Below are positions 7,664 to 18,200 of a DNA stretch of 64,000 nucleotides, in pieces. Each line of letters opens with the position of its first letter. Position 1 is the stretch's first letter. Position numbers and translations under genes: made by a program. The stretch is from positions 32,001 to 96,000 of IMG/VR virus record IMGVR_UViG_3300042892_000474; one strand, 5' to 3'. Below the pieces are notes generated by a model. The model worked only from the letters and a program-made list of their open reading frames with translations, was not told where the DNA came from and ran no database searches. The DNA is from a virus.

Positions 7664-10600
7664 TGGCAGAAGATATTTTCAAACCGGCTGGTGCGTCAAA
7701 GGCTAGTAAACCTGATTCTGGTGGTGGTGTTGTTAAAAATGTACCGGTATTTGGCATCGTAAAAAATAACGTTGATCCAACTAGAACTGGACGTATTCAA
7801 GTTTACATAACTGATTTAGGAAGTGATGATCCTGATAATCCGTCAGGCTGGGTAACAGTATCGTACATGAGTCCCTTTTATGGATTCGTTGAACCAACTG
7901 CAGGAACTACCGGCGACGGCGACTTTGCAGCCAATCCTGCAAGCTACGGTGTATGGAACAGCCCACCTGATTTAGGCACAAGCGTAATTTGTATATTCAT
8001 TAACGGTGACCCTAACTATGGATTCTACATAGGCTGTGCTCCTAAGGCAGAAGCATTGCACATGGTTCCTGCTATCGGATCTAGTGAAAATATTATCACT
8101 AATAATAATGGTGAAGCACAAAGCTACGGTGGTGCTTCACAACTTCCGGTAACTAACATCAACATTAATAACAAAGCTATTTCCGACGGTGGCAACTTTT
8201 TAGATGAACCAAAACCAGTACATAGCTATCTAGCGTCTATCTTATTCAAGCAAGGTTTGGTTCGTGATCCATTAAGAGGTACAATTACTACCGGCGCTCA
8301 ACGAGAAAGTCCTTCTCGTGTTGGATGGGGCGTAAGTTCACCGGGTCGACCAATCTATTCAGGTGGATACACTGATTCTAGCATTGTACAAGCCGCACAG
8401 TCTGGTAAAGACTCTGCTGGCATGACAGTGATTTCACGTAGAGGTGGACATTCAATCGTTATGGATGACGGTGATCTGATAGGAAGAGACCAATTAGTAA
8501 GACTACGTTCAGCAGGTGGGCATCAGATTTTGATGAGTGATGATGGACAAACATTATTCATTATACACAGCAACGGACAATCATGGGTAGAAATGGGCAA
8601 AGAAGGCACCATTGATATGTTTTGTACGAATAGCTTTAACGTAAGAACACAAGGTGATATAAACTTTCACGCTGACACTAACATAAACATTCATGCTAAG
8701 AAAAAATTAAACATTAAGGCTGAAGACATTAACATTCAGTCTGAAAAAAGCACTACACAAAAAGTAGGAACAGATTTCAAAGTAGAAACTTCAGGAAAAT
8801 ATACTCACAAGGTTGGCGGCTCTATGAGCTTACAGTCTGGTGGAGAAGGTAGTTTCAACTCTACTGGAACTTTATTCATCAACGGTAGTAGAGTTAACTT
8901 AAATACAGGCTCCGGATCTGCACCAGAGTCAGTAGCTCCACTACAAGATATTGGTCACACTGATACAATGTTTGAATCAGTAAAAGGTTATATTGCGTCA
9001 CCCGGTACATTAAAGAGCATCACTTCTAGAACACCTGCACATGCACCGTGGGTCAATGCTAATCAAGGTGTTAATGTAAGTACTAGCTCAAATGCTAGTG
9101 ATAAATTACCATCTGCACCAAGCGCGGCAGTTGAAAAAGCAAATGAGGCGGCAGCCGTTGCACCTACTGGTAATCCAGTTCAGCCGGCAGCGTTGTCAAC
9201 AGTTCCACCTACTGCATCAATAAGTGATGCAGTAGATTCACAAGCAACCGGATCAATGGTCAGTGCAGTTGCGACTAATGCGGCAACAGGTGCAGCGGCA
9301 GCGGCAGTAGCTACAGGCGCAGGCATTGTTTCAACTGCAACAGGTTCAGTAGCATCACTTGGTGCATTGGCACAAACACCTGCCCAACTAGAATCAGCCG
9401 GCATATTAAAGCCAGGATCATCTGCATTAGTAGATTCATTGGTTAAATCAGGATCACCGTTATCACAAGCATTACCTAATAATCTGTTTACTGGCGAAGG
9501 TGGCATTACTAGTCTAACATCGTTTGTAGGTAATCCTGGTGCACAGATTTCAGGAATGATTTCTAACTTCCAAAAATCACAAACAGCATTAACTGGCGCT
9601 GGTTTAATGACAGGAAAAGAATCGTCTACTTCAATCGCAGGATTGATTATGTCAGGCGCAACTGCAGGTGTTTCTAATACTATAAACGCAGTAAAAAACT
9701 TAGGTACATTAGCATCGAATATATCATTACCAAGTTTAGGACTTCCTGGTGTCACGAATCCTATTACTAATGCTATTGGCTCAGGTAACTACGCAGCCAG
9801 ATTGGCTGAATCTAGCACTGGCGGCTTAGGCTCAATTATGAGCACAGTTCTTCCTGTTGTTGGATTAATAGCCGGATCTAAGTTGAATAGTCGAGGATCT
9901 AGTGCAGCCGCATTTGGCCTAATAGCATCATCGTTAACTGCTTTACCGCGTGGCCCCGTAAATTTAAAATCTAACTCAAATTCTAATTACGATCTTGCAG
10001 TAGCACGTTCATCAGGTTTAAACGATCCGTTAACATCAGCAGCCAGAGTACTAAGAACTACAGGACAAATATTAGGTGGTAGTAATGCAAGGGTAACAAA
10101 TGCTGTAGCCGGCGGTATCACTGCTATAGGCAGATTAAATTCAGCACAAAATCCCGCGCAAGCATTAAGAGGATTAACTGGAGTTATTGGAAGTATTGGT
10201 ACAATAGGAACATCATTAGGAAACAAATCAGTAGCAAAGGCTTCAAGAGATGTTAATGCTATAATAGGTGTATCATCTAGAGTTAACAGGGGTCTTGCAA
10301 CTATAGCTAATGCAAAAACTGCCTCACAAGCTTTGGGCGGTTTACTAGGGGTGTTTGGTGGAGTTGGCACCGGAGCATCTATATTTGGCAATAAGAAACT
10401 AATCAAAACTACTAGAGATATTAATAAGATAATAACCAACACTGGTCAAATATTGAGAGCATCTCAAGTTTTATCAACAAGTAAAAACGTCAACCAAACA
10501 TTGGGAGCATACGGTTCTATAATAAACGCCGCCGGCCGCATTGCAGGCGTGTTTGGTAAAAACAGTAAGAGTACTGGCTTGTTTGGACTTCCAGGAGGAC

Positions 10601-11316
10601 AGTTAAGCGTAGGTTCTATCGTTAATAAATCTTTAGGGTCATTGGGTATTCCTAAAAATCCGGCGCTAAACGCTATCATAACTAGTGCAGTGACTTCTTC
10701 TCTTAACAAAATAGCGTTTCCTAAAGCTATTCAAGGTGCAGCAGGATTGGCAGCAGGATTACCTTCTAGTTTGAATTTACCTACAAGTCAAATTACTAAC
10801 GCACTAAGTAGTTTACAAGCAAGTGGTCAAAACTTAGCAGGTCTTGCGATGGGAGACTTATCTCTAGGCGAAGCTGGCCCATTAGGCGCCGCAATGTCTG
10901 CAATTGGATTTGGTGGCGCAGGCGCAATTAAGATGCCAAGTATAGGTTTAAATACTAATAATATTGCAGAAGTTAACGCTCAAATCAGTTCATTGTTAGA
11001 AGATTCTAGAATTCCTAAACCTGAATTTGGCGATATAGATGAATCTGCGGCAGCGTTGTTAGATGCAATGTTAGCACAGAATGATCAAATTGACAGTGCA
11101 TTTGACGAAATTGAAGGATTAACTGAAGAAGCTGAATCTGCGAGAGAAGAATACTTTGCATTAGAAAATGCATTACCCGCCGGCGATCCGCAATTAGCCT
11201 CAGCTAGAGAAAATTGGATTTCATTAAGTCAAGACTTGCAAAGTAGACTAGAAGCGATTGATAGCGTAATAAATCAATCAGTACTCATAGCTATTGATGA
11301 TAACGATCTCGCATAA
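7663..11316 (+). CDS. gp5: baseplate central spike (gp5/VgrG-like OB-fold and beta-helix) with ~800-aa C-terminal extension
   Basis: VKNNVDPTRTGRIQVYI...W...PPDLGTSVICIFINGDPN OB-fold; GHSIVMDD/GHQILMSDD and beta-helix ending INGSRVNLN; followed by gp25. Start 7663 with GAGGAG (ORF track 7624). Confidence 0.8.
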   Translation: MAEDIFKPAGASKASKPDSGGGVVKNVPVFGIVKNNVDPTRTGRIQVYITDLGSDDPDNPSGWVTVSYMSPFYGFVEPTAGTTGDGDFAANPASYGVWNSPPDLGTSVICIFINGDPNYGFYIGCAPKAEALHMVPAIGSSENIITNNNGEAQSYGGASQLPVTNININNKAISDGGNFLDEPKPVHSYLASILFKQGLVRDPLRGTITTGAQRESPSRVGWGVSSPGRPIYSGGYTDSSIVQAAQSGKDSAGMTVISRRGGHSIVMDDGDLIGRDQLVRLRSAGGHQILMSDDGQTLFIIHSNGQSWVEMGKEGTIDMFCTNSFNVRTQGDINFHADTNINIHAKKKLNIKAEDINIQSEKSTTQKVGTDFKVETSGKYTHKVGGSMSLQSGGEGSFNSTGTLFINGSRVNLNTGSGSAPESVAPLQDIGHTDTMFESVKGYIASPGTLKSITSRTPAHAPWVNANQGVNVSTSSNASDKLPSAPSAAVEKANEAAAVAPTGNPVQPAALSTVPPTASISDAVDSQATGSMVSAVATNAATGAAAAAVATGAGIVSTATGSVASLGALAQTPAQLESAGILKPGSSALVDSLVKSGSPLSQALPNNLFTGEGGITSLTSFVGNPGAQISGMISNFQKSQTALTGAGLMTGKESSTSIAGLIMSGATAGVSNTINAVKNLGTLASNISLPSLGLPGVTNPITNAIGSGNYAARLAESSTGGLGSIMSTVLPVVGLIAGSKLNSRGSSAAAFGLIASSLTALPRGPVNLKSNSNSNYDLAVARSSGLNDPLTSAARVLRTTGQILGGSNARVTNAVAGGITAIGRLNSAQNPAQALRGLTGVIGSIGTIGTSLGNKSVAKASRDVNAIIGVSSRVNRGLATIANAKTASQALGGLLGVFGGVGTGASIFGNKKLIKTTRDINKIITNTGQILRASQVLSTSKNVNQTLGAYGSIINAAGRIAGVFGKNSKSTGLFGLPGGQLSVGSIVNKSLGSLGIPKNPALNAIITSAVTSSLNKIAFPKAIQGAAGLAAGLPSSLNLPTSQITNALSSLQASGQNLAGLAMGDLSLGEAGPLGAAMSAIGFGGAGAIKMPSIGLNTNNIAEVNAQISSLLEDSRIPKPEFGDIDESAAALLDAMLAQNDQIDSAFDEIEGLTEEAESAREEYFALENALPAGDPQLASARENWISLSQDLQSRLEAIDSVINQSVLIAIDDNDLA
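10159..10566 (+). repeat. tandem 56-aa (168-nt) degenerate repeats in the spike extension
   Basis: QALRGLTGVI.. (10159), QALGGLLGVF.. (10327) and QTLGAYGSII.. (10495) are exactly 168 nt apart; GNK...RD[VI]N.II is shared by the first two. Confidence 0.75.
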
Positions 11317-11319
11317 ATA
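11312..11319 (+). promoter_or_regulatory. late-promoter motif CATAAATA
   Basis: Overlaps the gp5 stop; 5 nt before the gp25 ATG. Confidence 0.55.
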
Positions 11320-11324
11320 ATATC

Positions 11325-11774
11325 ATGCCTCAATATATTGGATTTAGCACAGTTGGTGCAAACTTACCCAGAACAACTAATGCTCCTGTCGGAAATGATG
11401 GTGGTGCCGGTACCGTACAGAAATCAATTAATACTGGTAGAAAATTTAGATTAGTTGATCAACCATTAGTAATTCAAGATTTTGTGAATGCTTTAAACAT
11501 CCGTCAAGGACAGAAGGTTGGAAATCCAGGATACGGAACTACATTATGGAGCTTTGTGTTTGAACCTAATACAGCAGATGTTCAATTTAAAGTAGAAAAC
11601 GAATTGAAACGTGTTGCTAGCTTAGATCCTAGATTATTAGTAAACACTGTCAAAGCATATCCGCAAGAGAACGGAATTTTGTTAGAACTAGAAGTAGCCG
11701 TTGCTCCTTTTAATCAAGCAAATTTGTTGAACGTCTTTTTAAGTTCTTCAACCGGCTCAGCCGCAATTCAATAA
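11325..11774 (+). CDS. gp25: baseplate wedge / sheath initiator (gp25-like)
   Basis: IRQGQKVGNPGYGTTLWSFVFEP...DPRL gp25 motif. Confidence 0.9.
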   Translation: MPQYIGFSTVGANLPRTTNAPVGNDGGAGTVQKSINTGRKFRLVDQPLVIQDFVNALNIRQGQKVGNPGYGTTLWSFVFEPNTADVQFKVENELKRVASLDPRLLVNTVKAYPQENGILLELEVAVAPFNQANLLNVFLSSSTGSAAIQ

Positions 11775-11802
11775 ACCCTAATAAAAGACGGTTTTTAGGT
11801 AT

Positions 11803-11810
11803 GATAAATA
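11803..11810 (+). promoter_or_regulatory. late-promoter motif GATAAATA
   Basis: Intergenic, 18 nt before the gp6 ATG. Confidence 0.65.
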
Positions 11811-11828
11811 CTTAAAAGAGATAAACCT

Positions 11829-14800
11829 ATGGCTACAAGCTCACGACAATCAGCATTATTTGGGGTCAACGATTGGCAAGCGATCTATCAAACGTTCCGC
11901 GAAGCCGATTTTAGAAGTTATGATTATGAAACTTTACGCAAAAGTTTCATCGATTATCTACGTGTGTACTACCCGGAAACCTTTAATGATTACATAGAGT
12001 CCAGTGAATTCATTGCACTATTGGACGTTATTGCATTTATGGGTCAAGGTCTTGCTTTCCGCAATGACTTGAACACACGTGAAAATTTTATTGATACTGC
12101 GGAACGTAGAGATAGTGTTATTAAACTTGCTAACCTAGTAAGCTATACCCCCAAGCGCAACTTGGCTGCTCAAGGTTATCTAAAAATCGTAAACATACAA
12201 ACCACTCAAAACATCACAGATTTGAATGGTACAAATTTAAGCAATCTTCCAATTCTTTGGAACGATCCTGCGAACCCTAGTTGGTTAGAACAATTCAACA
12301 CTATTATTAATACGGCATTAGTTGACACACAACGAATTGGCCGACCCGGAAACACAGCAGATTTGTTAGGAGTAACTACTAGCGAATACACTATGAAAAT
12401 TCCTAATACGTCATTACCAATAGTACCGTTTACTTCAGTTGTAGATGGTATTGCAATGAATTTCGAACTATGCAGTGTAACCAGCGTTGACGAAAATTAC
12501 ATGTATGAGATTCCTCCTGCACCTAGCGGCAGATTTAACATGCTATATCGTAACGACAAATTGGGTTACGGTAGTCCAAACACTGGATACTTTTTCTACT
12601 TCAAACAAGGTATTTTACAAAATTACGATTTTACCTTAGAACAGCAAATTGCTAACCAAGTGGTAAATATTGATATTGAAGGAATCAACAATGAAGATAC
12701 TTGGTTGTATCAGTTGAACACCAATAACGGTACTAGAGTTCTTTGGAATAAAGTTGAAAACATCTATGCTGATGCGTATTTGCAAACTGAAACTAGTAAC
12801 AGAACAATATTTTCAGTGAACTCTAGATTCAACGACCAAGTTAGTTATGTGTTTGGTGATGGAGTGTTCAGTCAAATTCCAGTAGGTACATATCGTGCAT
12901 ACGTTCGTGCAGGCAACGCACTGACTTACACTATCGACCCTACAGAAATGCAGGGCATAACAGTGTCATTCAGTTATGTAAACCGTACAGGTAAAACAGA
13001 AATACTAACATTGGGTCTTGAACTACAACTTCCAGTATCTAATGCACAGTCACGTGAGCCATTAGCACAAATTAAACAACGTGCTCCAACTCGATATTAT
13101 ACTCAAAACCGTATGGTTAATGGTGAAGATTACAATAACTTCCCATATACATTGTATAGCTCTATCATTAAGAGTAAGGCAATTAATCGTAGCAGTATTG
13201 GTGTTAGTAAAAACTTAGACTTGTTAGATCCTACAGGAAAATATTCAAGTTTAAATAGTTTTGCAACAGATGGTGCTTTATGGCAAGACACTACTAATGG
13301 CTTTGAGTCGTTGACTATTAACACTGTTGGTAATATTATTACATTCTTAACTGACACATTGAATAGTGTGTTGTCCAGTAACCGTGTTGTTCAATACTAC
13401 ACTCAAAACTTCACACAGTATACTATTGATGCCGCATCTGGTGACGGTACAGTATATTGGAACGCTAGCACAGTTGATGGTAACTCGTTAACGGGTTATT
13501 TCTACAACATCACTGATGGCAGCGAATTACCTATTCCAATTGGTACATATTCTACTAACAACGTAAAATATATCACATCAGGTTCACTTGTAAAATTTAT
13601 AGCGCCTAGTGGTTTTTACTTTGATGCAAATAATAGACTAGTCTCAGGTATACCAGGTGCTAGTAACCAAACATATATTTGGACAACTACATTAGCCGTC
13701 ATAGGTGATGGCTACAATAATGGTCAAGGCAATTTTGCTAACGGTACGGGCCCGGTAACATTGAATGGATATGTACCAGCCGGTGCTATATTAACAACCG
13801 TACTTCCTGCATTTGATAACTCATTGTCTAACGAAATTGTTCAGGAATGTATCATTCGTATGGAACTACAACAAAACTTTAGTTTAGTGTTTAACAATTC
13901 ATTGACTATTGCACAAGATCGTTGGAGTATTAAACAATACGATGATGCAAATTGGTTTGTAAACTTTCAATATATAAACGGAAGATACATTGTAACTTAT
14001 CGTTCTTTGCGCTATTATTTTGGTAGTGTAGAAGACACACGCTTTAGTTTTGAACGTGATAAGTTAGTATATGATCCGCTAAGTGGAAAAATTCTACAAG
14101 ATTTCATTAGCGTACTAGCAACAAATACTCAACCTAATAGTAACAATCCATTGTCTAAAGCAATCAGTGTGAACATCGTGGGACAAACAGTAGAAAGTGA
14201 TGGCTACATCAATGACTTTGAAGTTGAAGTAGCTAGTAATGATATTAACAATCGTGGATTAATAATCAATCCTGATTTCTTTCAAACAGTAACCGGGTAT
14301 GTCACTGGTGGCGCAAACACAGGTATATACGTGTTTTTTGAATTAGTCGAAGATGCTATTAACTTATCTAGATATCAGATTGTGCCTACAACAGATGTGG
14401 TGCAATACCAAACTAAGACTCAAATTGAAGTAGCTAAATATGAGTATCCACTAGGACAATTGTTTTATGCGTTTGGCGAAACAACTTTTTGGAAAACAGT
14501 GCAGGATAATACAGTGAATACACCCTTTTATATATTAGAAGAACAACCTCAGTATTCTATTAAGTTTGGTCGTCAAGGATTACAATTTCAGTATCGTCAC
14601 AATAGTAACAATACAACTAGAATTGACCCTGCAACAACGAACATTATTGATTTATATGTAGTGACTCAGAGTTATTACACTCAATATCAAAACTATATAC
14701 AAGACACATCCAATACTGTGCCCATGCCACCTAAGCCAACTATCAATGAGTTGAGTGAAGAATATGGCGAATTGAATAATTACAAAATGCTTAGTGATAG

Positions 14801-15194
14801 TATGGTATTAAACAGTGTTGTGTTTAAACCATTGTTTGGAGCAAAAGCAAGTCCAAACTTACAGGCTACCATTAAGGTTATTAAAGCATCAAATACAAAT
14901 GCCAGTGATAGCGAAATTCGAAGTGCAGTATTAACAGCTATGAACGCCTATTTTGAAATCAACAATTGGAACTTTGGTGATACGTTTTATTTCAGCGAAC
15001 TGAGTGCATACTTGCATGATCAAGTAGGAGAATACATTAGTTCCGCAGTACTAGTTCCAAATGATCCTACAATGAAATTTGGAGACTTGTATGAAATAAA
15101 ATGCGCACCGTATGAAATATTCGTCAACGCGGCTACTGCAAATGACGTATTGGTTATCGCTGCTTTAACACCAGCTGAATTACAAATTGCATAA
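11829..15194 (+). CDS. gp6: baseplate wedge subunit (T4 gp6 / baseplate J-like)
   Basis: DYETLRKSFIDYL...FNDYIESS...LLDVIA...ENFIDTA.RRDSV.KLA..VSY.P, FGDG, and QNRMVNGEDY motifs. Confidence 0.9.
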   Translation: MATSSRQSALFGVNDWQAIYQTFREADFRSYDYETLRKSFIDYLRVYYPETFNDYIESSEFIALLDVIAFMGQGLAFRNDLNTRENFIDTAERRDSVIKLANLVSYTPKRNLAAQGYLKIVNIQTTQNITDLNGTNLSNLPILWNDPANPSWLEQFNTIINTALVDTQRIGRPGNTADLLGVTTSEYTMKIPNTSLPIVPFTSVVDGIAMNFELCSVTSVDENYMYEIPPAPSGRFNMLYRNDKLGYGSPNTGYFFYFKQGILQNYDFTLEQQIANQVVNIDIEGINNEDTWLYQLNTNNGTRVLWNKVENIYADAYLQTETSNRTIFSVNSRFNDQVSYVFGDGVFSQIPVGTYRAYVRAGNALTYTIDPTEMQGITVSFSYVNRTGKTEILTLGLELQLPVSNAQSREPLAQIKQRAPTRYYTQNRMVNGEDYNNFPYTLYSSIIKSKAINRSSIGVSKNLDLLDPTGKYSSLNSFATDGALWQDTTNGFESLTINTVGNIITFLTDTLNSVLSSNRVVQYYTQNFTQYTIDAASGDGTVYWNASTVDGNSLTGYFYNITDGSELPIPIGTYSTNNVKYITSGSLVKFIAPSGFYFDANNRLVSGIPGASNQTYIWTTTLAVIGDGYNNGQGNFANGTGPVTLNGYVPAGAILTTVLPAFDNSLSNEIVQECIIRMELQQNFSLVFNNSLTIAQDRWSIKQYDDANWFVNFQYINGRYIVTYRSLRYYFGSVEDTRFSFERDKLVYDPLSGKILQDFISVLATNTQPNSNNPLSKAISVNIVGQTVESDGYINDFEVEVASNDINNRGLIINPDFFQTVTGYVTGGANTGIYVFFELVEDAINLSRYQIVPTTDVVQYQTKTQIEVAKYEYPLGQLFYAFGETTFWKTVQDNTVNTPFYILEEQPQYSIKFGRQGLQFQYRHNSNNTTRIDPATTNIIDLYVVTQSYYTQYQNYIQDTSNTVPMPPKPTINELSEEYGELNNYKMLSDSMVLNSVVFKPLFGAKASPNLQATIKVIKASNTNASDSEIRSAVLTAMNAYFEINNWNFGDTFYFSELSAYLHDQVGEYISSAVLVPNDPTMKFGDLYEIKCAPYEIFVNAATANDVLVIAALTPAELQIA

Positions 15195-15197
15195 GTA
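15190..15197 (+). promoter_or_regulatory. late-promoter-like motif CATAAGTA
   Basis: Overlaps the gp6 stop; 7 nt before the ATG of the giant gene; no SD. Confidence 0.5.
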
Positions 15198-15204
15198 ATA
15201 TATT

Positions 15205-18200
15205 ATGGCATCAAGAATAAGAACACTAAATTTTCTACCTGAAATTTTTCAGACAACAACCAATTCACAGTTTTTAGCCGCGACTTTAGATCAAATCGTA
15301 GCTCAACCTGAAACAAAAAAGATACAAGGGTACATTGGTACAAAGTTTGGTTATGGCATAAATGCCAAAGATTACTATGTAACTGAACCTACTAAGACCC
15401 GCACAGATTATCAATTAGACCCGGGTGTTGTGTTTACAAAAACAAACGAATCTGTCGCTAAAGACTTTATTAGTTATCCAGGTATAATTGATGCATTAAA
15501 ACTAGAAGGTGGTATAACAAACAATAATGACAGATTGTTTAATAGCCAATTCTATTCTTGGGATTCTTTTACTAACCTAGATAAAATTATTAACTTTAAT
15601 CAGTACTACTGGATACCAGAAGGCCCTGAACGAGTTATCGTTTCTAGTGAAACTGTTTTTTATGCTAACGACTACGTAGTTTATGATTTACCCAACGGGT
15701 ACAATATTGTTCCATTAACGTCTGCGGATGGCCTAGGTAGCACTAATCCCACACTGACATTATTACGAGGCGGAACTTACACCTTTGCAGTAAATCAATC
15801 AACTCAATTTTGGATTCAAGGTGAACCAGGAGTTACAGGATACAGTCCTACTCAACCTAATGTACAAACACGTGAAATTTTAGGAGTTGACAACAACGGT
15901 GCTACTCAAGGCTTAGTTACGTTTACTGTACCTCCCAATGATGCACAGGATGAATATAACTTCCCTGGAAACAACACAGTAAGCTTAGTTTCTACTTTAC
16001 CGTTTGCCTCAATTAATGGTGCTAGACTAAGTGACTTAGTAAATGGTATTGATGGTATAACCTCACTCGATGGGTTGAGAGTTATGTTTTACAACACTGG
16101 AATTCCAAACGAAGTTGGATACGTATCAAACTTTTTTGACTATACACCATATGATGAAAATAATGATCTAACTGAATTAAAAACTATCAGCATTACTAAT
16201 ACTAATAGTGTAACAGATGCTATTACTTGTAATAGTACAGCCAATCTAACTGTAGGAAATGCTATAATTTTTAATGGCAATCCTTTTGGTGGCATAGCAT
16301 CATATTCAACCACATTACCAAATACAATTTATTACGTGCAGTCTATATTAAATTCTACAGAATTTACTATATCATCTACACCGGCTGGTTCAGTATTACC
16401 ATTGTCTACTGCATCTGGATCAATGACCGGGGTCATTAATCAAGGTCAATACGAGCAAGGTTACTATACAAACGTAAATGAATATTTTTACTCTATTCAA
16501 TTATTAGGTGATCCTTCTGATCCAGTAATACGTTTAGTTCAATCATCAGAAATACCAGTTGATGAAAAAATTACTGCTACTTTTGGTACTGAGTGGGGTA
16601 CTAGAAATTTCTATAGAAATACGTCAGGTATAATTTTATTAATTCCCTACATAAGCGCTCCTCTAGATACACTGTACTACCAGGACGGTACTTCCCCAAA
16701 TAAAGTAGGTATCATTCGTTTAATTGAAAGTAATATTTCTAACACGTTAAATGTAGAAGATGATATATTAGGCAACGCTCAATTTACTTCTACTAATGGA
16801 GTAGCTTTTACCAATGGTCTTAAAGTTAGTTTTCAAGGGGATGTTATTCCTAAAAGTTACTTGTTTGGTGAATATTATGTAGAAGGTGTGGGTGCTGCAA
16901 TTGAATTACTACCTGTAGAAAATTTCATAGCACCGGAAAATTTTACTGCAAGTACATATGTAGCCTGGGATACATTAGGTTGGGATACTGCGGCATGGGA
17001 AGGTAATTCATACGTTCCAGTCACACCGGACTATATTACTATCTCACGCAATAGTATTGACAAAAATGCCTGGTCACGTAGTAACCGTTGGTTCCATATT
17101 GATGTTATCAATGCAACTGCGACATATAATAATAATCCTAATCTAGTTACGTTATATGCAACCTCAGCATATAAAGCAAAAAGACCAATTATAGAGTTTT
17201 ATCCTAACATAAAATTGTTTAATTCTGGTTCAGAAGGTAAAGATCCTGTAGATTTTATAGATACTAGAACAACTGACGCCTTTTCGCTTGTTGCAGGTCA
17301 AGAGAATTATTATCCTGATGTTGAAGTGTATACTGCATACACTGGTATTATCACAAGCACTGATTATACACCAATCCGTGCCTTTAGCGGTGCAGCCGAT
17401 GCCACAAACATCATCACCACTGTAACTGGTACGACTGGATTCAGAGTTGATGACCTAATTATTTTTGACGGTGTTACTCCAAGCTTGGGCATAGTGAATG
17501 GTTCTACATATTTTGTAGCAGAGATTGTGTCTGGTACTGAGTTTAAAATATCTAGTATTAAAGGCGGCGATGTTGTAGATTTCAGTAATATATCTTCAGG
17601 CGGAACATTTGCTTGGACACCGCAGAGTACTACTTTAACCATTGACGCAGATGATGTAACTGGTACAATGACTGTTGGTCAATATATCACTGATTCTACT
17701 AACCAATTGCCTAGAAATACTCAAATACTTTCTATCACTGGTAGTACTACATTAACCATTGAAGTAGGTTGGGATGAAGGGTCTTCGGGTTATATTCCAA
17801 CAACAACCGAATCATCTTTTGTTAGTACTGATACAACTAATGACAATTATTCATTGTTTGAAGGTGCAAGAGTTATTTTCACTCAGGATACTGACACTAG
17901 CGTAAAAAATAAAATTTATGTAGCTAGATTTTCTATTATAGCCGAGTCATCTATTCCAGTTATAACATTAACTGAAGTAGATAACGGTAATGTTCATCCC
18001 GATCAACAAACAGTTGCATTGCGTGGATATTTTAATCAAGGTAAAGAATTTTGGTATGATGGTTTAGAATGGATAGATGGTCAACAAAAAACTACACTAA
18101 ATCAGCCTCCGTTATTTGACATTTATGATAGTAATGGTATAAGTTTTGGTGACCCGACTATTTACTTAGGTACATCATTTATCGGTTGCAAGTTATTTGC

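Noticed and set aside
8911-11316. Spike extension as a fused tape-measure protein
   Set aside because: Composition is superficially similar, but it is C-terminal to the beta-helix and lacks evident tape-measure aromatic periodicity; cannot be supported.
11775-11802. Weak hairpin CCTA...TAGG after gp25 (similarly AAGC/GCTT near 37689-37700)
   Set aside because: Stems are too short and lack a proper U-tract, so they are not called as terminators.
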